Assembly: GCF_009914755.1 (NCBI RefSeq)
Contig: NC_060946.1
From: the human T2T-CHM13v2.0 reference genome, Homo sapiens
Direction: 5' to 3' (one strand)
Length of the DNA stretch: 64,000 nucleotides
A model generated the notes under the pieces. It was not told where the DNA came from and ran no database searches. It saw only the letters and a program-made list of their open reading frames with translations. A program made the translations under genes and the position numbers. Below, piece by piece: positions 31,775 to 47,996 of the stretch (its first letter is position 1; every line of letters begins with the position of its first letter).

Positions 31775-32700
31775 GTGGTTCTCAACAGGGAAAGACATTT
31801 TCCTCAGGGGACATTTGGCAACGCCTAGAGATATTTTTGCGTGTCATAGCTGGAGGGGCATAGGATAGAGGGAAGAGGCTAGGGATACTGCTGAACATCC
31901 CACAGTGTGAAAGACAGCCCTTCCACCACAAAAAGTTATGAGATATCATCTTAAACTCAGTCAGAATGGCCATTATTAAAGACAAAAAATAACAGACATT
32001 AGTGAGGATGTGGAGAAGACGGAACTCTTATACACTGTTGGTGGGAATGTAAATTAGAAGAAAACAGTATGGAGAGTTCTCAAAAAACTAACAATAGAAC
32101 TACCATTCAATCCAGCAATCCCACCACTAGATATCTAACCAAAGGAAAAAGAAATCATTATATAAGAAAGACACCTGCACTGATGTTTATCACAACACTA
32201 CTCACAATAGCAAAGACATGAAATCAACCGACGTGCCCATCAATGGATAATGCAAATGTGGTATACAGATGCATATCACAGTACAACGAAATACTATTTA
32301 GCCACAAAAAAGAATAAAATCATGTCTTCTGAAACAACATGGGTGGAACTGGAGGTTACTGTCTAAGTGAAACAAGCCAGACAGGGAAAGTCAAATATCA
32401 CATGCTCTCATTTATAAATGGGAGCTAAAAAATGTGTACACATGGATGTAGAGAGTGGAAAAACAGACAATGGAAACTCAGAAGGGTAAAGGGATGGGAA
32501 AGGGGTGGATGATGAGAAATTAATGTGTATAATGTGCATTATTCGTATAATAGATACCCTAAAAGCCCTGACTTCACCACTACAAAATCTACACATGCAA
32601 TAAAATTGTATATGTACCCCATACATTTGTACAACTGTTAAAAACACACAAAGACATATACAGCCCAAAATATCAATAGTGCCAACATGGAGAAACCCCG
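31775..32700 (+). mobile_element. MER20 (31775-31938 plus 32661-32700) split by an L1MA 3' end (about 31939-32650, plus)
   Basis: agtggttctcaac...ggggacatttggcaa...; L1 gagatatcatct...aaaagccctgacttcaccac...gtaccccat; MER20 resumes at cccaaaatatcaatagtgcc...gagaaaccc. Confidence 0.85.
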
Positions 32701-33237
32701 TACTAAGGCAGATTCTCCAGTCACTGGTGATGAGCAGGCCACTGTGCAGAGATAAGAGTGGACATGAACCTGTGCAATTTGAAAAGACCCTACAGGTAAT
32801 TCCAGTACTTCAGCTACCCTCCTCTCCATGGCTCAGAATTACTGTTCAAAAGGCAGAGCTGTCAATGATCATGAGGCTGCTGCTTAGCCTTCACATGGCT
32901 ATTAGTTCAATTTGGCCTGTTGCTTATGGAGAGTAGGAGTAACCCTGACTTTCATGTGGGATTCCCAGACAAGATACATCTAGAACAAACAAGAAAAAGG
33001 AAACTGGCTTCTTTTCTTAGCACATGATTCTAAAGGTGTGGACTTTATCTCCATAAATTCATTCAACAAGCCATTTGTTTCTTGCCTCAAGGGATTTGTT
33101 TATTGCCTTTATTAGGTCCTAACCTACTCACTCACCCTCTTTGTCCAGAATGTCCTTGGAAAGCCCTGTCCCCTCTACGCATCCACAATAGCTGTGTCTG
33201 CAATCAAAATCTCTTGAACTCAAAGCAGCTGATGTTA

Positions 33238-33463
<226 letters not shown>

Positions 33464-34613
33464 CTAAAAAATTCACATTAATCACGGGTAATACTAAAAT
33501 GTTCCCAGAAATATCAGATCTTTTCAAGGAAGGCTAAGTCAGTCATATGAATTTCTAACGGACTGAGCATTAAAGAGCATAACTTGTGCATATGGTAACA
33601 AGTAGGTGCTCAATAAATATTTATAAATGTCTGAGCAAGAAGAGACATCATGGCAGAGCAGGCTTCCTGGAGTTCTGGATTTAATGCTGTTCTGCTTTTC
33701 AATATTTCTTCCTGATATTCTCAAAGAAATCCCAGATGTTTTTGTACCACAACTCTGTCCCTTGACCTCCCCTCTCTCCTTGCCCCCAACCTATACAAAC
33801 ACTTGCTTCCAGGAAACAGACAGTCAGTCTCCACATGGGAGGGCTTACCAAGAGATGGCACCTATCTCAACACGGGAGACACAAGCACGATATTTATTTA
33901 CAAAAGAAAAAAAAATAGCAATGGTGCAGATGCTCCAGGACCCTGTGGTCAAACAATAAAAGTTGATCAAGGAAGAGTCTGCTACCCCCAAATCCTCTCT
34001 TTGACTGACTCAGCTCTTTCTCCTTTAGTCTACAGTCCTACTCGCCCTCCTTCTCCCCTGTACAACTCAAAGATAAAAAGAAAAGCTAGAGAGATATTGC
34101 TAATAAAAATAATCACAACATATTTTCTGGATTCTAAGAGGCTGCTGATTGTACGATATATCAAAACATTTGCCAGGAGAAAGAGACCATCTGTCAAGTT
34201 GCTTTTGTAAGTCACATCTCAGTTTCGGAAATGGGAAAATGTGCAAAGTCCTGTATCATAGAACTGAGATAATATGACAAAACTCCTGCAAAATACTAGG
34301 TGAATTACATATTTTGCTCCTAACATAATATTCCCATTGAGAATGAGAAGCTGAATTGCGAAGTGCCTGGAAGCGTGGGGCCTCAAACCCAGGTCTTGGA
34401 ATCATCCCACTCTACAGCCTGTACTTTCCCCACTGAGATACACGGCCAGCTCTTTCCAATTAGGAGCAAACCCCCAACTCCTATGCTTTTACATAACCAT
34501 TTCTCAGGCTTCTTTCCCCATCTTGACAGAGATTATTTTTGGAAATGTGTTTACTCCAAGGCCTTGTATTGTCTCCTCTGATATTAAGAACCTCTCCCAT
34601 CCTGAACTGTTTA

Positions 34614-34981
<368 letters not shown>

Positions 34982-34994
34982 CTAATATTAATAA

Positions 34995-35150
34995 CAGCAG
35001 AAGCTAACACTGTCAAGAGCTTACTGTGTCAGGTATAGCACTAAGACTTTGAAATGTATCATGTCACGTTACCCTCACGCCAATACCCCATGGGTATCAT
35101 TCTCCCCATCTTGCCCACAGGAAACAGAGGTTTAGAGTTGAGCAACACCC
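34995..35150 (-). mobile_element. MIR
   Basis: gagcttactgtgtcagg...tctccccatctt...ggaaacagaggtttagag. Confidence 0.7.
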
Positions 35151-36406
35151 TGACGTTGCAAAGATGGCAAGAGGATGCAAAGCAACCCCAAGGAAGGGCC
35201 CTTGACTGAGAGTAAATACTTGAGTTGGGAAAGGGAGTGGGGAAAGAAACATCTCACATCTACCTCCAGAGATGTCTTTCCTCCCCCTTGGTGAGGAGCC
35301 TAAAAGGGTCCTCCAGCTCACCTCCGTGAGAGTCTGAGCCCTGTGTGTCTAAGAAAGACCCACAACTGATAGAGAGGTCCATGGAATCCTGGTGATGGAT
35401 CCGTGAGGCTCCTCACTCCCACCCAGTAAGCAGCACAGAGCTAGGGACCCAGGGCATGGCTGACTTTTCAACGCAGCGGCAGCTGGAGGCAGCAGTGAAC
35501 ATCATTCACTGGGTGTGGGCTGTACAAGGAGGAGCTCAGGACACAATCAGGGTGAGTCCAGTGATCCCTCCTCATGAGTTCTGCTCAGCATCCGTTCCGT
35601 TGCTCCCCCTCGCAAATCACAGCTTGCCAATCACACCGTGCCCAGTCTTTGTGCTTGCTGATTTCATCCTGCCCCCATCCAATGAGCCCTGTGTTAGATT
35701 CATCAAATCCCCTCTGCTGTCCCTGCAGGACCACGCACTACAGAGCTGCCCAACTGGATTCTACACTGGGGCTCACCTGGCCATTCAGAAAAGGAAACTG
35801 TAACAATCTGGTGAGAATACCTATTTTAACACCAAGAAAGCTCTATTTCAAGTTTATTAAAAACAACAACAACAACAAACACCTGAAGAGACCCCTGGCC
35901 CCGACCCTTCTTGTAAGATCTAGACCTGTTTACCCCATCTCTGCATGTCCAAAACCGAACTCGCCGTCCAGTGCTATTCACTCTACGTCCCCATTCATCT
36001 CTAATCTGCATCCCTTGCTCTGACTCCAAGGCTAACATCCCGCTACGGGCCACAGTGGTCTTTTGCTGAGACTGAAGCCTCCTACCTGCTGCCAACTCTT
36101 TTTGAAAGTACTGTTTTCCTGTCGCACTTTTTATATCACCCCCACACATCAGCCAAAGGGATCTTTTCAAATCTTCTAAACTGTCTTTCAATGACCTTTG
36201 GAGAAGACCCAAAGCTAACACTTAATAAGACCCTTTATACCTCTCTTACCTTATTCCCCACCACTCACTTCACCAAGAAACATCCGCTTTACTTGTTCAT
36301 TTGACAAATAGTTATCGGGCACCTTCTATGTGTCAGGCACTGTTCTGTGCTGGGACATATCAGGCATAAAACAGACAAAGATCCCTGCCTTCCTGGTGCT
36401 TACACT

Positions 36407-36710
36407 GAGTTAGCCCACCACACCCATGGGTTCTGCATCTGTGGATTCAACCAACCTGGACTGAAAATATTTGGAAAGAAAACTGCCTCTGTACTGAATA
36501 TACACAGATTTTTTTTGTCTTCTTACTATTCCCTAAACAATACAGTCTAACAACTATTTACTTAGCATTTACATTGTATTAGGAATTATAAATAATCGAG
36601 AGATGATTTAAAGCATACAGGAGGATGTCCACAGATGATGTGCAAATGCAATTTTTTATATATCAGGGACTTGAGCATCTGCAGATTTTGGTATCCGTGG
36701 GAGGTCCCTA
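36407..36710 (-). mobile_element. MER2 (Tigger-family MITE) within L2 fragments
   Basis: ggttctgcatctgtggattcaaccaacc...gcatttacattgtattagg...cagggacttgagcatctgcagattttggtatcc. Confidence 0.85.
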
Positions 36711-37082
36711 GAAAGAACACACAATAACCAGATGGAGCCAGCTGTATCCTGGTACCTGGGTCTGTCCTCCCTATGGGGTGAGGCAGAGCAGCCCTCTTGA
36801 TAAGTAATTAGATATTCATTAGAAGGTGATGAGTCCTCTTGAAAAAAAAAATATGAAAGAGCAGTAGAGAAAAATGGGATGGTGTCTCAGGCTTTAGGAT
36901 TCAATGGGACAGTCAGGGAAAGCCTTGCTGAGAAGCTCAGGTTTGGGCAAAGACTCGAAGGGCTGGGATTATGGTAGCAAGACAGGGAATGATCTGGAGG
37001 AGGAGCATTCCAGGTACAGGAACATCAGAGCAGAGGGCCAAAGGTAGGAGCCTGTCTGGTCTGTTTGAAAAGTAGATTGAAG

Positions 37083-37398
<316 letters not shown>

Positions 37399-37934
37399 TT
37401 ATTTCAGTTTCTGTCTGTATCACTCTCTCTAATCTCTCTCTGGATCTCAGGGCTTCACATATGCTGCTCCCTCTAAGTGAGACCAGAGGCCAATGCATCC
37501 ACCTCTCTCCCTTTAGAAGCCCTCCTGACTCCCTCCAACTTCCCTCACTAGCAATGCTTTCCCTAAAATGTGATTCGACCTCACCCTGACTTTTCCCTTT
37601 CAAGAGACTTTCTACACTTGCATGTAACCATGTGTTCAGATGTATCTAGAATCTAGCGGTTAAGTGTCGGCTCTGAGACCAGCCTGGCTTCAGCCCAGGT
37701 TTTGCCACTAACTTGTAGTTAGTGATTTCAGGCAACAGACTTAAAGAGTTTTATGAAGGCTAAATGAGATGGTTCAGGGCATGACACATAAAACACATTT
37801 AATAGATATTAGCAACAGGAGGGTAGAGCTAGGTCTGTCTCAGTTAATATTTTACCCCCAGGGCCTAGGGCAGGCCAAGAGCCTCAGAAGGTAGTAAATT
37901 AATGAAAGAATGAATGACTGAATGGGTGCAAAAG

Positions 37935-38075
37935 GCAAGGAAAGAAGGAAGGAAGGGAGGGAGGGAGGGAGGGAAGGAGGGAGGGAGGGAGGGAGGGAGG
38001 CAGGCAGGCAGGCAGGCAGGAAGGCAGGCAGGTAGGGAGGCAGGGAAGGAGGGAAGGAGGGAGAAAGGAACTCAG
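37935..38075. repeat. (GGAA)/(GGGA)n/(GGCA)n purine-rich compound microsatellite
   Basis: Read directly. Confidence 0.9.
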
Positions 38076-38157
38076 GAAGGTAGGGAGAGGTTAGGGTTGG
38101 TTTCTGGTCTGTGAACTCTCTGAAATTTCAGGCTGAAGAACAAGAAAAAAAAAAAGA

Positions 38158-38514
<357 letters not shown>

Positions 38515-38910
38515 TTACCTGACTTAATCACCAAAATAAACCCTATGGGGCGGTTATTAATGTATCATTCTCTCATTTTTATAGAACAACAACAAAAACG
38601 AGGCTCTGAGAAGTTAAATGATCTTTCTAATATATAAGACAAGGCAGATTTGCTTCAAAGTTAATCTGAAAATAATTAAAACCTCTTCACCCAATTCTGC
38701 CAGGGAAAAAAATCCTTGGTGTTGCTTCAATGGTGTACATCTTGGCTGGACCAATGGAAGAACCAGTAGTGTCTATCAAGAAAATCAAAGCGCTAGTTTC
38801 TGATTCTGAGTAGAAGGCAGGCTGGTTAAGAGAGGCAGAGAAAGCAGGAGGGTACAAGGAGGAAATAATGGAAGAGGTCATCAAAATTTTCCAAGTGGAA
38901 AATCAACTAG

Positions 38911-39298
<388 letters not shown>

Positions 39299-40458
39299 CA
39301 GGAGAACTTCTAAAGGCCCCGTACAGATTAAAAAGAAATGCCCAGGACTTTTAACAAAACTGTATGATTGCTGACCAAGAACAGGCCAAGCCTCGCCCTT
39401 TCCCAGCTGAATTCCAGCGCCTTCTGTACTAGAAGCACATCACCTCTACAGACACCAGCTGTTGGTGTCATTTTAAAGCACTTTGAGAATTTCATCTTTT
39501 AAAATTTATGTTTTTCTTCCCCGGGGCAAAACAGTCTCTCAAGTTTAGGAACTGTCAGGAGTGAATGTGAGATGCGTGGAAATCTGTCCATGTTGAGCCC
39601 TAGAAGGGGGCACACTGGGCCAGCCAAGAAGGGAAGCCTTTAATCAGGAAAATCTGACTGGCATAAGGTCATGGGATTGTCTTGAAAGGTCTTCTTTGAT
39701 TCCTTTCCTATGGGCTAACAGGGCGGGGGACACTGAGCTTCATTTGGAGATAAGGGAAGGCAGGAAAGGAGATTTAAAGTCAAATAAAAAGGGGCCAATG
39801 GGACAACACCAAACTTAACCACAGGAGAGAGGAGGAAGGAAAGGGGAAAGAAACACGCAAGGTCCAAGTGTCCGTCAGGTACCAGGATCACTGAATCACC
39901 TCCTCAAATTTCACACAACCACTGTGAGCAGATATCAGTATCTTCTTTCTACAGGTGCAGAAGCGAGGTCAAGAGTGGTTCAATGACCTCCCTTAGATCA
40001 CCCTGCTGATAAAGTAGACCAGCAGGGACTTGAAGCTTGGTCTCTTTTTTGCTAAGCTCTTCTGACTCCACCAATTCCATCAGAGGAGACAGGCAGGGCG
40101 GCAAGGTAACAAAGAAAGACAAGACCTGAAGAAACTTCAAAGAGCATTAAAAACTCCTTCGAGGCAACTGATTATAAGCATAAAATTTCTACAAATGTCT
40201 TTTCAAAAGTAATACTTCAATGTTCTTCATGTTCAGCTTTTCTACATTATTGTACAGCCCCAATGGCTCTGTGGACAGAACTGTGAGGAAATGGAGCAGA
40301 CACACATTAACGATGTCTGCCATCATCCCATTCACTCTGGCAGGAGTCCTTAGAGAAAATGGAATGTGGAAAAATAATGCACATTATCTTGTACAATTCT
40401 CACAAAGACCCCGTTAGCATTATTCCTTCTCTGAGCCTAAATCAACTAAGATAACCTG

Positions 40459-41113
<655 letters not shown>

Positions 41114-41489
41114 TCTGCCCACGCTGACAGAGTCATCAGGGTGATCCTGCCTTATTCTCTGGACATGCTGAGTCTCTGGGTAGAGCTCTTGGACCCCAAC
41201 TACAGCTACTTAAAGATGATGTTCTCGGAGGTCACATGCTGGGCCAGAATTCTGGAGACTGAGATTTTATTTCGCGAATCCTGTGAAAACTACACTTTTC
41301 TATGCTAATTTTGCTTCCCTGCCTTTGTTCTCTGAATGCCTAGATCGCCTTGGGCCCGCCCTCTACAACCTGGTGTATATGGTCACTTTGAGTTCTTTCA
41401 CGAATCTAACTTCGGTCTCTCCAAAGACACTCTTAACTCCACCCACATGACAATGATTTCTCTTACTCCTCTTCAAGGGAAAGGAGGGT

Positions 41490-41725
41490 GCAGAGTAAAG
41501 AGGACTGGATTCAAAGTTAGACTGTTTGGGTTCAAATCTCGGTTTCATGACTTAAGAAATGTGAGACTCCAGGTAAACTATGCCTCCCTAAGCATCAGCT
41601 CCCAAATCTCTAAAATAGGAACATCAACAGTAATCACTTCATGGGAGGGTTGTGAGGATTAAATGAGTTTATCCATAAAGTCCTTAACAGAGTGGCTGGC
41701 ACAGACTAAGTGCTTAAACATGTTA
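41490..41725 (+). mobile_element. MIR, near full length
   Basis: agactgtttgggttcaaatc...gttgtgaggattaaatgagtt...ctggcacagactaagtgct. Confidence 0.8.
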
Positions 41726-42114
41726 GTTGTAAGGAACAACACAGAGTCTATTAGGCCCTGAATGATACCCAGTGGCATGGCACATCTGCGGTGCCGTGAG
41801 GGTGAGGAAGGCAGTGCCCATGTACGCTGGATAGTTTGACCATACCTGCTGTAGGGTGAGAATTTTACTCTGTGGCACTAAGATCCTCTTAGAGGGGAGG
41901 CATCTGTGCTTATGGATCAAATCACTATCTTGAATATTCAGCACGGCCTTCTTCCAAAAGCTTCAGATTATGGGTGTGTATTTATTATTTATGCCTTCAC
42001 AACAGCCTCCCCAAATGACAACAATCACATATTATTTCCAGTGTTTTGTGCAGTAAAAACTAAGGCATGCAGGGGTCCAAGGTGACACGTACTCAGCAGT
42101 CACACCCGTTCTAA

Positions 42115-42533
<419 letters not shown>

Positions 42534-44299
42534 CAGTTTATTTAACTTTCAAGTGTGCAAAGCTTCTAGCTCAGTGCCTAGAACCTAAGACGTGCTTAAG
42601 AAATGGTAGTTAGCTTTCCCTCTGTTTTACAAACACTCATTTAGCCACCTGCCTCCTCACCAGCTCCACCATTGTAATGGTGTGTTGAATTTGCGCCTTC
42701 CATTGAAGAACCAGGGGCTGCCCCAGGCTGGTTTTCTCTGGTACGCCAGGGAGAGGACAAGGTCAGGCTCCCAGTGGCAGAGTAGTTGGTAGTCAGACAG
42801 GTGTAAACTGAACACAGGTCAGACAAGAGCTGCAAGGACATCTGCCTATGAAAATAAGTTTCCCATGTGAGGGACCCCTGCCAGGTATACCAGAAGTATC
42901 TCGTGAGAAGCATACCATACCCATGTCCAGCTCCCCTGAATGTTCTGTTAGGACAGGGCTGCTAGCCACTCTGGTACTAGCACCCCGGTGTAGCTACGGG
43001 CTCACCAAACAGTCTTATTCTTGCAACAGTCCCAACAGTAAGCTATTTGGCACCTAGAAGGAGCTCAGTAAATATTGACCGAATGGGTGGCTCCTGACCC
43101 TGGCCAATAATGGTATGTCTGATTCTTTCTGCTAAGAATTGGTGGTTCTGAAAATCTTCCAGCTGTTGGTGCAGGCTGGGTAAAGGTGCAAACCGCTGAC
43201 ATAGGAGGGAGGTATCTGCTACTTAGCTGAAGTCGAGCTCAGGGAAGATGGGGACATCTCTAAGAGGCTTCTTCTGGTAGAGGCTGAGGATGGGTCTAAC
43301 TCCTGAAAAAGGCTTCTTCGTAATTCTCCCGGTAATGAATTTAGGAACAAGGGGCTTTCACAGCGCCACAAAGGAATCAAGCGCAATCTGACCAAGAGCC
43401 ACTGCAGCCCCAGACAACCAGCTGTTCTCAAAAAGTGAAAAATTAGCCAGGCCACATTGTATCAACATCACTCCAACCGTTTACAGTGAAGGATGTCAAC
43501 GACAATTGCCTTTATGAAGGACACTCTCTCTTGGATCAGAACATTCTACATTTATGCGCCTGACTTAACAGGCTTTCTTCCTATTCCATGACCTGGCTTC
43601 TAATAGTTTGGTTTAGAAAAACAATCACACACATACAAAAGTGATACAAAATAGGGACATATGGAGAAGAGATGAGCTTTACTTATTTTCTTTTCACCTC
43701 TGTATTTTTCCAGAAAAATTAGGGTGGGCATGGGAAAACTTCTGATGTTTTGTACTCCTTTGCTGGTGATAGATAAAAACGCAATGCACTCTGCCTTGTT
43801 TCTGAGTTCCTTGAAGGCAGGTGCTGTGTTCTCAACAGCTTTAGGGAACAACAGCATCTAATCTATTCCTCTTCACAGTGGGGGCCTAACAAATGCTAGA
43901 AATAAACCAACAAAAGAATGAACAAATAAAATGCAGCCCATTAACTCAGCTCCTTGCATTCAAATTTACCTTGTCCCTGTCCTGACCTTGGCCCATATAC
44001 CCTACTCAACCCCAGGAGCTGCCTTGAATCTGAGAGTCCTCCAAATCAAGTCCTTGGGCCAGCTATGGGAGCAGCAAGAGCTCTGGTGCCTTCCCTTCCA
44101 CGGATGATATCAGCGTATTTAAAATAACCATGATAATTCACGTTGTTATTGGCTACAGAGCGCCACTAGCACTATAGCCATTGCAAGCTGCAAGAGAATA
44201 AACGTGATTTCCTAGCTACAGCTCTACAATCTCTGATGACCTGTTCTGGTGACTATGGTGGTTATACTTATCCAACGGAGACTTACAGCTCTAAATATA

Positions 44300-44690
44300 T
44301 GCTGTGGGTTGAGTTTCTTTGGAAAAAGACCCCGAGATGGATGTCAGCATACAAGAGGTTTATTAGAGAGAGCTCTTGAGAACAGCACCTATGAAAGGGA
44401 AGGGGAGAAAGCAGGACTAGGCAGAGGGGAAAATCAGCCTGTGAGGCAGTATCCGAGTGTGGCAGATGATCCTGCAGGACCTCATGTTCATCAGCCATTC
44501 CGTGATGTGGGGTGTCCCACGAAGGGGTGTGGCCACAGGCATGGCCACTCACTTCAACAGAGGCAACTGCAAAAAGGGCTGATGCCTTTTCTGAGAGCCC
44601 CCGCTGCAGGGACTGCTCCCACCAGCTGGCGTAATAAGGCCTTTATTCCCAAAGGAAAATGTGGGAGTCTAGTACATACGACCACCATTC
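44300..44690 (-). mobile_element. ERVL LTR (LTR16-like)
   Basis: gggttgagtttc...agaccccgagatgga...aggtttattagagag...gaaagcaggactaggcagaggg resembles an LTR16-class 3' end in antisense. Confidence 0.55.
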
Positions 44691-46240
44691 TCATCTGATG
44701 AGACAGAGCACAATTAGGAGCTCCTCCGTGACACCTTCCCAGCTACCTTCTCTAACCCCCTCTAGGAGAGGTGACAACTCTCACTGTCCCCTCATTACTC
44801 ATCTCCTCATTTGCAGAGCCCGTCACACTGCTTCACACCCAGTAGGGATTCGATAAACGCCAGTTGAAGAAATGCATCACTGAACACTCAACATCAGCAT
44901 AAGAAAATGAATAAAACACCATGTAATTATAGAAAAACTGCCCCTCGTGAGTTCACTGTGATCAGGAAGAGAAAAACAAACAGACACGATAGGGGAACTT
45001 GAAAAGAGCAGCGGATGGAAGCCAAGACACGGGCACTCTGATCTCAACTCTGGGAAAAGCCTGCATCCCTCTAAGCTTCCGTTTCTTTCTTTATGAAACA
45101 AAAGGACACGTCCACACGTTCTATGAAGATTAGAGAGCTGTGCCATACTCAATTTCAACAGCTGTCCTAAATGATGTCATTGTTAGTATCATTATTGACA
45201 CGAATAAGAAAAGTAAATTTTGATCCTGATAAGGGAAAGAGTCCCGGGGATCAAAATGTCATTCCCATGATTTGGTGAAGACTTTCCTCAATTAGCCCAG
45301 AGCTCAGAAGCCCTGAGAAGGAAGCAGGGAGTGACCAGGGCAAGCAAGGAAATTTACTCTCTGTTCATGAATAGAAACAGAAACCAACAGGAATATCCTG
45401 TGATTTATGAAAATGCTGGGATTTAAAATCATTAAGTAGTATTTTGCTTTCATAGGATATGGAGCTAAGAGGAATGGCAGAAGGGATTTTAAACACAGAA
45501 GGGGCTAGCGTGCAATTAAAAAAATATATAAAACTAAAAATTTCACTGTCGAATTTCTTTCTCATTGTACTCATCCAGTATAGAAGAATTTTTAAAATAA
45601 TATAATTTTTAAAAAGACATCTGGGAGAGGGGTATTAAAATAACAGCCTAAGATTTGTGCTAACCTGCCACTTCTCTCACATATCCATGCCACAGTTAGT
45701 ACACCTACTGAGCTCACAATTTCCCCCTAGGTACTCTCATATACCTTGAGGCTGTGACGAGAGTTACAATAATAGCTATAAAGAAACCCACCAGACTAGA
45801 AAGAACGTCTTGTAAAGAAAGCCAAATACATACATCTCCTTAAAATGATAAACCACAACGTTAATGAAAGCAAAAGCCATATGAACATTTTCAAAAACTC
45901 TAGAATCAATACTCATCTCTACTACCTCACAGGCTTTCTTGGCAATTAGACTATCCTTCGATAAAAAGAAAACCAATGAACACACGTCCCGACCAGTATG
46001 TGAACACTCCGCTATCTGCATACAAAATACACACATTTGATATTTATCTGTTAAAAACATCTTCATTTACTAAAGACATGTAAACAAGTTTCTGTTTTAC
46101 TCTATTATTTTTCAAATCCAAGCAGAGTTGATATTGAACCATATTTGTAATTCCTCACGCACTGCATTAGCACGACCTCATTCGAGGAGACCTCACCTTT
46201 TTAAAAAAGTCAACCCCTATTCTTGGCATGCTGATACCTA

Positions 46241-46450
<210 letters not shown>

Positions 46451-46995
46451 CTAGACAGAACAAGGCAGAGAGAGAGTTGGAGAAAGGGAAAAAAAATTGC
46501 TATATTAATTCTTTGCTTAAACATTATAAATAGTGCCTAGCACACAAAAAGTATCCAATAAAAATTTGTTGAATAAATGAATGAGTTTTCTTTTAAAGAT
46601 TTATATAATTTGCATTTTGACATGTGAAGTTTTCTGGAGGAAAATGTATCTGAATTAAGGGAGAGGAAAAGTAATAGTTATGAAATAATTATTACTGCAA
46701 ATCCTATGTTGAGATTTTTAAATAAAACTTTTGTTATTATAGAAATTAAATAGATCCACTAGAGAAAAAAAGGATATGCAAAAACATAAAGGTCCAAAAA
46801 TTGAATCCCACTACAAATACTTTTGCAACCAGTATCAAATTGTTCCTATGTACGTATATTTCTTTAAATCATATTCCATTTACGTGTCATTAAAGATTAG
46901 TGGGCAGTAGTATTGTTAAAGCTTATGCTTATTCTTTTAAAACTGTAATTGAATAGATTACTACTGCTGCCTTCTCTTTATTCTCAGATAAATAA

Positions 46996-47281
46996 GAGGA
47001 CCTAGTCATCACGCGACACTCTTCACCTGACAGCAATAGAGGACACACACATAGGACAGAAGGAGGACCTAGTCATCACGTGACACTCTTCACCTCCTAG
47101 TCAAGGAGGACCTAGTCATCACGCGACACTCTTCACCTGACAGCAATAGAGGACACACACATAGGACAGAAGGAGGACCTAGTCATCACGCGACACTCTT
47201 CACCTCCTAGTCAAGGAGGACCTAGTCATCACGCGACACTCTTCACCTGACAGCAATAGAGGACACACACATAGGACAGAA
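46996..47281. repeat. Composite minisatellite: 110-bp period, five 33-bp cores with alternating 34-bp and 10-bp spacers
   Basis: Core gaggacctagtcatcacg(c/t)gacactcttcacct at 46996, 47063, 47106, 47173, 47216. Confidence 0.95.
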
Positions 47282-47996
47282 ATGAACCACCCATGGAGCA
47301 CTGACATTATGATCCTCACATAACATAATGGAACAATCAATGGCTTGCAGGTGGGCAGAGTCATCAGCGAGGTACACACACGGGTGCCATTTTGTGTCCA
47401 AAGGCAAGGATAAAAATAAAAGCACCAGTGTGATGAAAGCTCTCATCTATGCACAGTCATTTATGAAGATCATTGTGGGCAGAGGCCCCAACCTAGCTGC
47501 CATGGGGAGTTTCCATGGGAGCCAAAGCACACTTATTTTCAAGAGGGTAACACTTTTAATAGAACCCTTTAAAACAGGGAACATGGCCACCTTCTCAGGA
47601 TTCCAAAAAATATTGATCTCCTTTGACCTTACAATACCATGTTGAGGAGATGTTCTTAAAAAAATTCAAATTTAAAAATTTTGTTTTAGACACCAAAGTT
47701 TTATTCCCAAAGATGTTCATCACCATGTTACCAAAGAACAGCCATCAAAATGCCCCAAAATGGAACAATTAATTCAAACATGATACTCTTGTTTTTCTGA
47801 TAGCATACTATGTAATTGTTTAAAACAATGTGGATCAAGATATAATTTCTAAAAACCTGCATATGATGTTAAAGGGGAAAAAAGCAAGCTTTAAAACTGC
47901 TTTTACTTAAAAACAACTACGTGTAATCAAACCAAATGAAACACATTCACCCAAATCTATGCAAAGGAAGAAAAAAATAGCAGCAAGACATCAAAC

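Noticed and set aside
35456-36221. Cluster of 115-149 aa ORFs
   Set aside because: No recognisable protein similarity, partly L2-derived, and no supporting splice structure.
37914-38114. Low-complexity G/R/E/Q ORF
   Set aside because: Translation of the GGAA/GGGA/GGCA microsatellite.
38680-38810. Segment initially suspected to be another LARGE1 exon (W/N/Q-rich peptide)
   Set aside because: It is on the wrong strand, does not match the LARGE1 sequence I recall following FHKFKG, and lacks convincing splice sites.
44249-44698. 149-aa ORF near the exon
   Set aside because: Overlaps an old LTR on the non-gene strand; no recognisable domain.
46996-47281. CRISPR array (33-bp repeats with a 34-bp spacer)
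   Set aside because: The spacers are not unique (A,B,A,B,A), one is only 10 bp, there are no cas genes, and the context is a primate intron. It is a higher-order minisatellite.
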